IMG/VR virus record: IMGVR_UViG_3300032267_001142
Location: 1 to 64,000 of that record
Length of the DNA: 64,000 nucleotides
Strand: one strand, 5' to 3'
DNA from: a virus
Position 1 is the first letter of the stretch. Every line of letters begins with the position of its first letter. A program made the translations under genes and the position numbers. The notes beneath the pieces were generated by a model. It saw only the letters and a program-made list of their open reading frames with translations. It did no database searches and was not told where the DNA came from. Shown in pieces: positions 14,900-22,474 of this stretch.

Positions 14900-14957
14900 C
14901 GGACGCGACGGGACTCGAACCCGCAGTTTGAACGCTCTACCATTAAGCTACGCGCCC
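14900..14957 (-). tRNA. tRNA-like gene lacking the anticodon arm (58 nt)
   Basis: GGGCGCG-TA-GCTT AATGGTA GAGC-GTTCAAACT-GCGGG TTCGAGT CCCGT-CGCGTCC-G. Acceptor, D and T arms intact; only 9 nt between the D and T arms. Confidence 0.8.
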
Positions 14958-14965
14958 GATTGAAA

Positions 14966-15331
14966 TCAGTTAAGCTTGTCGAAGCTCACGTCTTCGCTGT
15001 AGTATCCGTTAGACTGGCCAAGCCAGCGGATTTCGACCGTGCCCCGCTCAGTCGAGATAAAGAAACGTGACCATGTACCGCTTTCATAAATCTCTTCGCC
15101 GTGATTTTCGGGTTCATCATCGTTCTCCACCGCGTTCGTGATAGGGAAGCCGATGATGCTCGGAAGGTCGCCGAACGTGCCGAGCACCTTCACGCTTTCG
15201 CAGCAGTCTTGAACGTGATGCATCATGTAGCGCTCACCAGAGGCGCACTCGAAGATGACGCTATCGTCGTTTATAAAAAGGTTCCGAATCGTTTGACCGA
15301 GAAGGGACTTAAGCTTGAGTTCGGGAGACAT
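14966..15331 (-). CDS. Conserved phage protein (H.QDCCE.V ... SNGYYSE family; DUF7448-like from memory)
   Basis: MHHVQDCCESV, GDL..IIG.PI..A, GTW, GTVEIRWLGQSNGYYSEDV. Start at ATG 15331. Confidence 0.75.
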   Translation of the reverse strand: MSPELKLKSLLGQTIRNLFINDDSVIFECASGERYMMHHVQDCCESVKVLGTFGDLPSIIGFPITNAVENDDEPENHGEEIYESGTWSRFFISTERGTVEIRWLGQSNGYYSEDVSFDKLN

Positions 15332-15335
15332 AGTA

Positions 15336-15491
15336 TTAGGAATTTGAAATTGCAGCGTAGACACTGTATCCGACCCAGCCGAAGGTTGCAAGAAGAATTG
15401 CGACCACGACGGTCACATAGATGCGTTGCAGCCAAGCGAGGGCCGTGGAGGTTTCGTCGAGTTGTTTCAGAAGTGAAGTGCGGTTTTTCAT
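15336..15491 (-). CDS. Small single-pass membrane protein (51 aa)
   Basis: MKNRTSLLKQLD...IYVTVVVAILLATFGWVGYSVYAAISNS*; promoter TTGCTT-16-TACAGT. Confidence 0.7.
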   Translation of the reverse strand: MKNRTSLLKQLDETSTALAWLQRIYVTVVVAILLATFGWVGYSVYAAISNS

Positions 15492-15609
15492 AACGAGGTC
15501 ACTGTAGCAGCGCCAAATACGAAAGCAAGGATTATTTTAGGATATCCGGGCAGCCAGGTATTGACAGAGGCCGCGCCCACTCAGGCGCGGCATGTCAGCT
15601 ATGAAAATT

Positions 15610-16140
15610 CTAGTAGTTTTCGAGTTCTTTCCGTAGAAACTCGATTTGTGCTCGTGTCAGAGCTTTTTCGACTTTTCTCAGACTTTCGCGGCACGCTTCA
15701 TGCGTACGGAGCGCCGAAATCGAATCGTCATCGTAGCCAAAATTCGCGCAAAATTCGGAAAAATTGCAATCGCCCGCGTCCATATCGTTGAGAATCGCGT
15801 AGAAAAAACCCTTCGGGTCTGGCTTTGAGAGGTTTACGATGTCGGCGCATAGGCGGCGCACGTCGCGGTCATCGGCGTTCTTGTGAATCTTCACGCGTCC
15901 GCTCAGAATGTGGCCCAGCAAATCGCCGAGCCGAGAGTTGGTGTAGCCGAAAGAACGCGAGAGCTTTGTAAGGGCGTCTTTTTCGAGAAATGCCCGAATG
16001 CCTCCTGAATACTCAAAGCGCTGACCTTTCAGTATCACGGCAAAGCAGACCTGTTCTTTCAGGTAATCGAATCCGATGCTAAAAAATTCAGGTTTGGGAA
16101 TATCGTCCCAAGTAGTGATAGCGTCTTTCGTGGTTTTCAT
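15610..16140 (-). CDS. Conserved phage hypothetical protein
   Basis: C-terminal ILND...FSEFCANFGYDDDSI.AL motif; start reassigned to 16140 after its promoter. Confidence 0.75.
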   Translation of the reverse strand: MKTTKDAITTWDDIPKPEFFSIGFDYLKEQVCFAVILKGQRFEYSGGIRAFLEKDALTKLSRSFGYTNSRLGDLLGHILSGRVKIHKNADDRDVRRLCADIVNLSKPDPKGFFYAILNDMDAGDCNFSEFCANFGYDDDSISALRTHEACRESLRKVEKALTRAQIEFLRKELENY

Positions 16141-16223
16141 AACGTGATGAAGATAGCAGACCCAAATACTAACACAAGAACTTTCTTCAACTATCCTGGC
16201 AGCCCGGACTAAAGGCCGCAGCC

Positions 16224-16403
16224 TTATTCGATATGCTCCCTCACCGTTCCGTCTTTGTCGCGATACCTTACCTTCAAGAACCACATAACACAGGAGTCGT
16301 CAACATCTTCCAAAACTCCTAAACGCTCCGAAAGTTCCTCACGCTCTTTTCTGTACGCGTCGCAGGCGGCTTTCGCCTCCGTGATGTTGTCGTGAACTTT
16401 CAT
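16224..16403 (-). CDS. Small hypothetical protein (59 aa)
   Basis: MKVHDNITEAKAACDAYRKERE...EHIE*, starting 1 nt after the upstream stop. Confidence 0.65.
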   Translation of the reverse strand: MKVHDNITEAKAACDAYRKEREELSERLGVLEDVDDSCVMWFLKVRYRDKDGTVREHIE

Positions 16404-16404
16404 G

Positions 16405-16647
16405 TCAGAAGGATAAGCGGAACTCGCGGAATACAGGAATGACGTTTGGCATGTTACCCGCTAAGACGCGGCGATAGGCTGCGGCCTTTTCGGGCGTATT
16501 GATTGGCAGAATCGCCAAAGTATCGCGCACCAGCTTCTTTTGCAAAGCGATTTCCGCCAGTACGACTTGAGAAACAATCGGCCCACGGCCCAAGGGCCGA
16601 ACTCCAATGTTAGCTTTCTCTGCACCTTCGGCGTATTCCAGTGACAT
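16405..16647 (-). CDS. Hypothetical protein
   Basis: 80 aa; leaderless promoter TTGCTA-16-TATTCT. Confidence 0.7.
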   Translation of the reverse strand: MSLEYAEGAEKANIGVRPLGRGPIVSQVVLAEIALQKKLVRDTLAILPINTPEKAAAYRRVLAGNMPNVIPVFREFRLSF

Positions 16648-16748
16648 ACTGAGAGAATAGCGCGACTGCGCGGAATAGCAAGAAGTATTTTAGGATACCT
16701 GGCAGCCCGGTGATGACAGGGGCCGCTCATGAAGGTGGGGCTTGGTTT

Positions 16749-16946
16749 TCATTCGAGCCATTTAGCGATTTTGTGAACAAATGCAGCGATTAGAGGAATG
16801 CAGAAACACACAACCAAAATGCCAATAGTTGTCCCTTCCGGATTCGCGAGATACATCGCGATAAGTAGCATAGCGAAAAACGTCGCGCCCGATAGGAAGA
16901 ACAGGGCGATTAGAGTGGCGATGAAGTAACGAAGGGACTTTGGCAT
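16749..16946 (-). CDS. Small two-TM membrane protein (65 aa)
   Basis: MPKSLRYFIATLIALFF...; two hydrophobic segments; promoter TTGACT-16-TAGAGT. Confidence 0.7.
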   Translation of the reverse strand: MPKSLRYFIATLIALFFLSGATFFAMLLIAMYLANPEGTTIGILVVCFCIPLIAAFVHKIAKWLE

Positions 16947-17063
16947 ATTGATGACTCTAGCAGGTGCAAATACGAAGTCAACGGCTTTCTTTGTAAACCT
17001 GGCAGCCAGGAAAACGAACATTTCTCTTGCTTAGCGTGTCGTGTCATGTATAGTTCTCTCGCT

Positions 17064-17309
17064 ATGAACATCGTCGCCAATCCCGCCGCCCGTCTTTTGT
17101 CTGCAATCGAACGCCTTAGCTCGGCAATGCGCCGCCTGCGTAATCGCGGCCAGTGTGCGGATTCGGTTGCGCGTTTTGGGGATTTGGAAACTGATAGGGC
17201 GCTGCGCGCTCGGCTTTTTGCTGATGTTCGTGACGAATCCCGCTCTGTTCGTGAACACATTCGCGAGTGTGCCGTCATCGCATACGGATATGCGGCCTGT
17301 CTAAAGTAA
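17064..17309 (+). CDS. Hypothetical helical protein
   Basis: MNIVANPAARLL... divergent from 16946; promoter TTGCTT-16-TATAGT. Confidence 0.7.
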   Translation: MNIVANPAARLLSAIERLSSAMRRLRNRGQCADSVARFGDLETDRALRARLFADVRDESRSVREHIRECAVIAYGYAACLK

Positions 17310-17412
17310 AAGGAACAAATATCGGCCACCTCGAAAGCTTCAATACCGGGCTGCCAGGAATCTAAAACAAAACTGTTGACTGCACGCGCTGAGCTGGTAG
17401 AGTCTTCACGTT

Positions 17413-17811
17413 ATGACGATTCACGCTCCTTTCCTTATCACCCCGCGTTTAATGGCAGGCGTCCGCGTTGGCGGCGCGTTCATTTCCATCGGTGGCGGGC
17501 CTCGCAATTCTGAGAACCGTACGCGATACGGCGTTTTTATTGACCTTCCCGAAGGAAAAGAGTTTGAAATCACTGACCTTCGTTCCGGTTGCGGCGGTGG
17601 CGACCTCAAGAGCGGAATGGAGTCGCTGCTTTCTTTTCTGGGCGCGGCGGCTGAGTCGTTCAGGTATCGCGGAGCGCTTTGGGAGAATGTGGAGGCAGAT
17701 GACAACGCCAACCTTTTCCCTCGTGAGGTCACCGAGTGGGCATATCAGAACGGCGACGAAATTTCAATGCTGGAAATCGAGATTCAAGAATCGGACTGCA
17801 TCGGGGAGTGA
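17413..17811 (+). CDS. Conserved phage hypothetical protein
   Basis: LLSFLGAAAES.RY...DNANLFP..V.EWA.QN.DEISML motif; own promoter. Confidence 0.75.
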   Translation: MTIHAPFLITPRLMAGVRVGGAFISIGGGPRNSENRTRYGVFIDLPEGKEFEITDLRSGCGGGDLKSGMESLLSFLGAAAESFRYRGALWENVEADDNANLFPREVTEWAYQNGDEISMLEIEIQESDCIGE

Positions 17812-17895
17812 GGCGGAAGCGGTAAATAAGACAGGACCGCCACTGTCAGATACCTGGCAGCCAGGTATTAGAGCCGCAGGCGCTCTAGTGGCTCG

Positions 17896-18120
17896 CTATG
17901 TCAGTTTGCGCCTGCAACATGGGCAGGTATCGGTGTCGGTAGTGATACGCTTCACTCCCGCACCGAGGTTGTAAACACGAAACGGTGTCGAACGATTTGC
18001 CAGCTCAGCCACAAGCCACGCGGCGGGCTTGTTATTCGTCAGCGTTTCATCAATAGACAAAGCCGAATCCATTCGGATAGTCATGTTGCGCTGCCATGTG
18101 GGATTGATGATTGTTGCCAT
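17896..18120 (-). CDS. Small protein with a C-terminal CPCC motif
   Basis: 74 aa; YNLGAGVKRITT.TD.CPCC; leaderless promoter. Confidence 0.75.
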   Translation of the reverse strand: MATIINPTWQRNMTIRMDSALSIDETLTNNKPAAWLVAELANRSTPFRVYNLGAGVKRITTDTDTCPCCRRKLT

Positions 18121-18238
18121 GTGCAGAAGCTAACAGACTCGCGGCTGGAGTCAATAGTTATTTTTGAAAACCTGGCAGCCCGGAATAAAAGCTGACGCGC
18201 CCGCCACCGCAGTAGCGAGCGCGCCGTGCTATGAAAAA

Positions 18239-18508
18239 CTAGCGGCGACGGAACTTGTAATCCGGCGACTTCGGGTCGTACGTCTTCGTGAGCGGGACGT
18301 AGCGCGTTTCCACGTTGTCGCCGTGCGTGACGGTGATTTCGCGGGCGACTTCCCACTTGCTTTCGCGCATGACTTCCGCGCCCTTCTGTTCAGCCTGCGA
18401 GACGTCGGTGAAGCCCGACTCGCCGCCGTGCAGCGTGGGAGTCATGGTGCCCGCCAAGATGAGAGAGGCGGAGAGGATGATGATGCGATAGGAGATGCGG
18501 CGTTTCAT
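18239..18508 (-). CDS. Small exported/membrane-anchored protein
   Basis: Signal-like N-terminus MKRRISYRIIILSASLILAG; CAA-rich leader. Confidence 0.7.
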   Translation of the reverse strand: MKRRISYRIIILSASLILAGTMTPTLHGGESGFTDVSQAEQKGAEVMRESKWEVAREITVTHGDNVETRYVPLTKTYDPKSPDYKFRRR

Positions 18509-18688
18509 GGTGTTTGTGTTGTTGGTGTTGCTTACTTGGACACTGTAGCACGGCCCCGCTGAGTTGCAAGAGGAAAATGCAGATTTCTATGATAATCCTG
18601 GCTGCCCGGTATAAAGGGTGAGCCTCGGAACCTATAATCAGGCCGAGGCTCGAATGGATTTCGCGCTTGCGCGCTAGGCTCACGTAAC

Positions 18689-18958
18689 CTATTCGCCCCC
18701 GAAGAACTCAGGCGATTCGTCGTGCTCGCAGTCGTCCGGATACATATGGCTGTCGTCCGTGCGGTCCTCGTACGACGCGTCGAGATAGGCGTCTTCGCGC
18801 CCGTCGAGTTCGGAGTCTTCGTAGTCGTCGTCATCGCGACCGCCAGCGCGGATTTCCGCGAGGATGTCGAGCGCGTCGAGTTCTTCGCGCCCCGCGAGTT
18901 CGCTCGCGGCGGCGTGCATGTCTTCGGCTTCAGTGGAGAAGTGCATTTCAGGATTCAT
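18689..18958 (-). CDS. Highly acidic small protein
   Basis: 32 of 89 residues are D/E, with 5 R and no K; own promoter. Confidence 0.75.
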   Translation of the reverse strand: MNPEMHFSTEAEDMHAAASELAGREELDALDILAEIRAGGRDDDDYEDSELDGREDAYLDASYEDRTDDSHMYPDDCEHDESPEFFGGE

Positions 18959-19083
18959 AGCGTGATGACTGTAGCATGGACAAATATGGCGTCAACATGT
19001 ATTTTTCGATACCGGGCAGCCAGGGATAAAGGGTGAGGGCGCGGCCTTTGCGACCGCGCCCTCTTTAGGTGTTGCGCTTGTGT

Positions 19084-19419
19084 TTAGTTTGCTTGGCGGA
19101 TTTTGTTGATGGCGCGCTCGGCCCATCCGTCATTCTTGTACGGGAAGAGTTCGGGGAACGCCTTGCGGTAGTTGCTGACACGCACGGCTGCGGAGGTCAT
19201 CTGAATACCCCAGACCGCGCTCAATTCGCGGATTGTCAGACGGCTGTACTGCTCGGCGTAGACGAGGGCGAGAGCTTTGGAACGCAGCGGACGCCCTTTG
19301 CGAAAGTGGCTCTTCGCGGGCGTTTTGTGAGGTGTCGTAGGCTGTTGCATCGCCTGATTAAAGGCGGTGATTGCTGCGGCGAGTGCGATGAGGAGTTGGT
19401 TGTTGTTTGTTGCTTTCAC
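19084..19419 (-). CDS. Helix-turn-helix DNA-binding protein (putative)
   Basis: LTIRELSAVWGIQMTSAAVRVSNYRK is HTH-like; GTG start 7 nt after TGGACA-16-TAGGCT. Confidence 0.6.
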   Translation of the reverse strand: MKATNNNQLLIALAAAITAFNQAMQQPTTPHKTPAKSHFRKGRPLRSKALALVYAEQYSRLTIRELSAVWGIQMTSAAVRVSNYRKAFPELFPYKNDGWAERAINKIRQAN

Positions 19420-19546
19420 GAGGAAGAGCCTATCTGAAAAAAAGGAATTGTCCAAAAGAATCAAAAACAAGTTTCATGCCAGCTATGGAGCTTCCGGGCT
19501 GCCAGGTTTCCATTGACTCTTCGTGCCCCTCTGCTATTGTTCACCC

Positions 19547-19741
19547 ATGACTAAAGGCCACTTCAACAGCTCAACCAACGAGGGTATTTCCAATCGCGGC
19601 GTCCACTTTCACATCGCGAGGGAAGCCGACCGCGACGAGCCCGACAACACGCGTTTCGAGTATAACATTCACCCAGTCAGCGGCCCAGTCATTTCGCGTG
19701 ACACGCTGAAGGAAGCCGTCGAAAGGGCGATGGAGCTGTAG
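19547..19741 (+). CDS. Small RDEPDN-motif protein (paralog of 22946..23137)
   Basis: MTKGHFNSST...DRDEPDNTRFEY...DTLKEAV. Confidence 0.75.
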   Translation: MTKGHFNSSTNEGISNRGVHFHIAREADRDEPDNTRFEYNIHPVSGPVISRDTLKEAVERAMEL

Positions 19742-19846
19742 CATTCTGAGTGGTTGGTAGCCAAATAAGGTTGCCAGCCGCTCTCGGCTATACCGGGCAG
19801 CCAGGATTGTTGTTGACTTGTCGGTCTGTTCAAGTATCTTTCCCGC

Positions 19847-20023
19847 ATGAGCACCGCCGCTATTGACATCCTGCAAATCAAAATCGTTCTCGCCGTCTAT
19901 AAGGAGACGAAGACTAAAGGTGAAGCTTTCGAGCTAGCTCGACAGCGCGGCTTTGTCATGGGCAGTCGAGACTTTGGATTGATGTGGGAAACCGTTGACG
20001 CGTGTGCGTGGGACGCGGCTTGA
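19847..20023 (+). CDS. Small hypothetical protein (58 aa)
   Basis: MSTAAIDILQIKIVLAVYKE...AWDAA*; leaderless promoter TTGACT-16-TATCTT. Confidence 0.7.
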   Translation: MSTAAIDILQIKIVLAVYKETKTKGEAFELARQRGFVMGSRDFGLMWETVDACAWDAA

Positions 20024-20053
20024 CATTAGCGAAAGCTCTGATATTTTCACAAC

Positions 20054-20239
20054 ATGTACAACGTCTGCCCAGTTCGGTCTTCACTCATTCACGAAATCAC
20101 GGAGGTTTCAGGCCATGCGCCTAACATCACCGGCAAGGAAAGCGAGGCTGTGCTCAAGGAAATCCTCGCCCGCGCTCGCTACGCCAAGCACGCGGAAACC
20201 TATCCCGACAATCGCAACACCGTCCGCCATGAAGTGTAA
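20054..20239 (+). CDS. Small hypothetical protein
   Basis: 61 aa; leaderless promoter TTGACA-16-TATTTT. Confidence 0.7.
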   Translation: MYNVCPVRSSLIHEITEVSGHAPNITGKESEAVLKEILARARYAKHAETYPDNRNTVRHEV

Positions 20240-20376
20240 AGTGTAACTCACCGCCTCGCGGATACTACTAGTTCAGTCAAATAACCATCTAGCCCCAATC
20301 TCGGCAAGCCGGGCTGCCAGGTAACAAGAGAAAGCACCCGCGTCGTGCGGATGCGCCCCCTTGCTATGATGAAAGT

Positions 20377-20604
20377 TCAGAAGACTCGAATGACAATCGG
20401 CGGGCAGAAGTTGGGCCGGATTTCACGAAGTTCATGCACGTTGACCGGACGGAACACATTAGGAATGCCGAGCGTACGAAACGCGGCGTGCATGGCGAGA
20501 TTTTCAGGGACTTTGGTTTCTTCGTGTCCATTAGCGAGCCAGCGCAGACGGATGCGAGCGGCCACCATTTTCTTGCGCTGCTCAGGAGTAACGAGGTTGT
20601 TCAT
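20377..20604 (-). CDS. Small basic hypothetical protein
   Basis: Start reassigned to 20604 (MNNLVTPEQRKKM). Confidence 0.65.
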   Translation of the reverse strand: MNNLVTPEQRKKMVAARIRLRWLANGHEETKVPENLAMHAAFRTLGIPNVFRPVNVHELREIRPNFCPPIVIRVF

Positions 20605-20743
20605 AGCGTCGAGACTATGACATGTGCCTAGGTGTATGTCGAGAGAAATCCAAAACAATTTCCGTGCCAACCCAAAGCCCTTGATACCTATAGACTAGCC
20701 AAATATAGTCCATAACATTAACCAAAAAGACCTGGCTGCCCGG

Positions 20744-20916
20744 CTTTCTCATTTTTGAGAGTCCGATTTTCTCATTTCTGATAATTCTCAAAAGTAAGAG
20801 TGAGAGGTCGTTCTCATTTCTTAGAGTTTCTCATTCTTGTTTTTGCGAGGCTCTCATTCTCATTATTAATACTCTCAAACACGAGAAGCCCGCCCTCATT
20901 TCTGAGAGCGGGCTTC
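20744..20916. repeat. CTCA/TGAG repeat array 1
   Basis: CTCA at 20748, 20771, 20787, 20813, 20830, 20853, 20859, 20874, 20895, many as CTCA-N4-TGAG-like units. Ends in hairpin GAAGCCCGC...GCGGGCTTC (20885-20916). Confidence 0.85.
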
Positions 20917-20935
20917 GGTAGGTTGTTCGGGCTCG

Positions 20936-21292
20936 CTAGCTGGGAAGCTGCAAGGGAAATTCCGAGGGTTTGACTGGACGCTCGACAAGGTCTGGCATGA
21001 CTTGCGCGCCACGTAGGTCAATCACGACGCCATGCACGGTCTTTTTCCAGTCGTAGCACGACGAACCGGAAGGCACGGCGGTCCACCCATCTGTGCCGAA
21101 AATTTCGGCGGCGCGCACAAGTCGCGATTCGTCATGCTCAACATAGCTGAAGAGCGTCGGAGTGGAAAGGTCAGAGACTCCGAAGTCGGAAAGGTTAGTC
21201 CCTTCCGGTAGCTTGGCCAGCATGCTGTCGAAAGTGGCGAGCTTCGTGCGTTGCGCGTTGAGTGAATCGGCGATGTGTTGGTTGTTTTTCAT
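20936..21292 (-). CDS. Hypothetical protein
   Basis: 118 aa; promoter GTGACA-16-TAGAGT-9-ATG. Confidence 0.75.
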   Translation of the reverse strand: MKNNQHIADSLNAQRTKLATFDSMLAKLPEGTNLSDFGVSDLSTPTLFSYVEHDESRLVRAAEIFGTDGWTAVPSGSSCYDWKKTVHGVVIDLRGAQVMPDLVERPVKPSEFPLQLPS

Positions 21293-21351
21293 AACGCAAC
21301 CACTCTATCACGAGCGGGCCGCATGTCACGTTAATTTTCTGTCATCTTGGT

Positions 21352-21396
21352 CTAGCAATGTTCGTGCCAGACGCATTTTCTTTTTAGTTTGGCATG
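21352..21396. promoter_or_regulatory. Divergent sigma54-like -24/-12 pair
   Basis: Minus 21369-21354 TGGCACG-AACA-TTGCT (full consensus). Plus 21390 TGGCATG-AAAC-TATTT (-12 degenerate). The two -24 boxes are 20 bp apart. Confidence 0.55.
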
Positions 21397-21455
21397 AAAC
21401 TATTTTTTGAAAGAATGCGTGACATGGCTGTGGCAGGGTGTATAGTCGGGACGCT

Positions 21456-21698
21456 ATGAAAAACACCGCTTCAATCACTCACTACTCGCAACTGCTCAAG
21501 GGCGCAATCTATGTCGTCGAAGGGCGCACAGCGCGCTTCACTGGCGTCGTCAAACGTGTCGCACCGCTCTTTACGCGTCGCCCCATTTTCAGGGAACACG
21601 GCGTGCGATTCTCCGCCAAGATTACCAAGGTGCGCCGCGCCACCATTCCCGAGGTTGCCGCCTACCTTGGCAAGACGGTGGCAGACATGCGCGGTTAG
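21456..21698 (+). CDS. Small basic protein (paralog of 22600..22944)
   Basis: THYSQLLKGAIY...ARFTG...RPIF..HG.R..AK...V.AYLG. Confidence 0.8.
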   Translation: MKNTASITHYSQLLKGAIYVVEGRTARFTGVVKRVAPLFTRRPIFREHGVRFSAKITKVRRATIPEVAAYLGKTVADMRG

Positions 21699-21716
21699 CT
21701 ATCAACGCCCGCTAAG

Positions 21717-21746
21717 GTTCCGAGGGGGTTCCAACCCCCTCGGAAC
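21717..21746. terminator. Perfect 12-bp hairpin after gene 21456..21698
   Basis: GTTCCGAGGGGG-TTCCAA-CCCCCTCGGAAC; no clear U tract. Confidence 0.55.
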
Positions 21747-22100
21747 TGAGAGTTTCAGAAGTGAGATTCTCATTCTTGCTTTTGAGAATTCGCAGCGTTG
21801 AGAGTCTCGGTGTTGCGTTTGAGAGTCTCAAATATGAGGCTATTCTCATTTTTGCAAAGCCGGGCCTCCGGGTTCGGTGATGAACCTCAGAGGAGCAAAT
21901 ATATCGTATAGGCGTATCTTTGGAAGCCTGGCCGCCCGGTTTCTCATTTTTGAGAATGAGAGTCTCATTCTTGTTTTCGCGAATTCTCAGGTTTGCGATG
22001 TTGTTATTGAGAATTTCTCATTTCTGATATGTCAATTGTGAGGATTCTCATTCGCACAAACGAGAGCGAGGCCCTCATTCCTGAGAGCCTCGCATTCGTG
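21746..22100. repeat. CTCA/TGAG repeat arrays 2 and 3
   Basis: Dense TGAGA/ATTCTCATT/GAGAGTCTC units at 21746-21856 and 21940-22100. Array 3 starts directly after the palindrome at 21927 (as array 1 does after 20731) and ends in the equivalent hairpin GCGAGGC...GCCTCGC (22066-22093). Confidence 0.85.
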
Positions 22101-22112
22101 AGAGTGGCGCGT

Positions 22113-22418
22113 TTACTTTGCTTCCGCTTGCTTTCGCGCAGCGTGGAATGCGTGGCGCAGTGTGTCTTCTTGCTGCTCCGATGTTTCGTTCAACTTAAGG
22201 TCCGCGTAGGCAGCGCCTACGCTGTTGCCTACAAGCACGGACACGATGACGCGCAGGGCTGGCGCTTTGGCGTCGTCTGTCAGGACTTCCAAGGGCTCAA
22301 ACCTTGCGACACTTAAAGGCATGGAATATGCTTTGTGATTCTGTGACCGGAAGCGGTCAACGGTGCGAAGGGCGGCGGAGCATAGGCGAAGGGCGGCGAT
22401 TGCGGAGAGGTCTTGCAT
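22113..22418 (-). CDS. Hypothetical protein
   Basis: 101 aa; leaderless promoter TAGACA-16-TAGAGT. Confidence 0.7.
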   Translation of the reverse strand: MQDLSAIAALRLCSAALRTVDRFRSQNHKAYSMPLSVARFEPLEVLTDDAKAPALRVIVSVLVGNSVGAAYADLKLNETSEQQEDTLRHAFHAARKQAEAK

Positions 22419-22474
22419 GGGAAGACTCTAGCACATGGGGCGCGTGTGTCTAGTGAATTTCTTGTAATGTTTGG

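Larger units (their letters stand above)
2780..21939. repeat. Dispersed 13-bp palindrome CCNGG-CNG-CCNGG (30 copies)
   Basis: Copies start at 2780, 4071, 4967, 5485, 6384, 6910 (variant CCTGGTTGCCCGG), 7440, 9014, 9913, 10675, 11123, 11921, 12351, 13302, 13877, 14607, 15546, 16195, 16698, 16998, 17346, 17853, 18171, 18597, 19012, 19494, 19793, 20309, 20731 and 21927. All lie between the genes as called here. None noticed by eye after 22 kb. Confidence 0.95.

Noticed and set aside
4842-21715. Identical 15-mer ATCAACGCCCGCTAA at 4842 and 21701
   Set aside because: A few 15-nt matches are expected by chance in 64 kb, and the flanks show no similarity.
2780-21939. Palindrome family as a CRISPR array or integron attC sites
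   Set aside because: Only 13 bp and separated by whole genes (300-2000 bp), not 30-40-bp spacers. No cas or integrase gene in the window, and no attC R''/R' GTTRRRY boxes.
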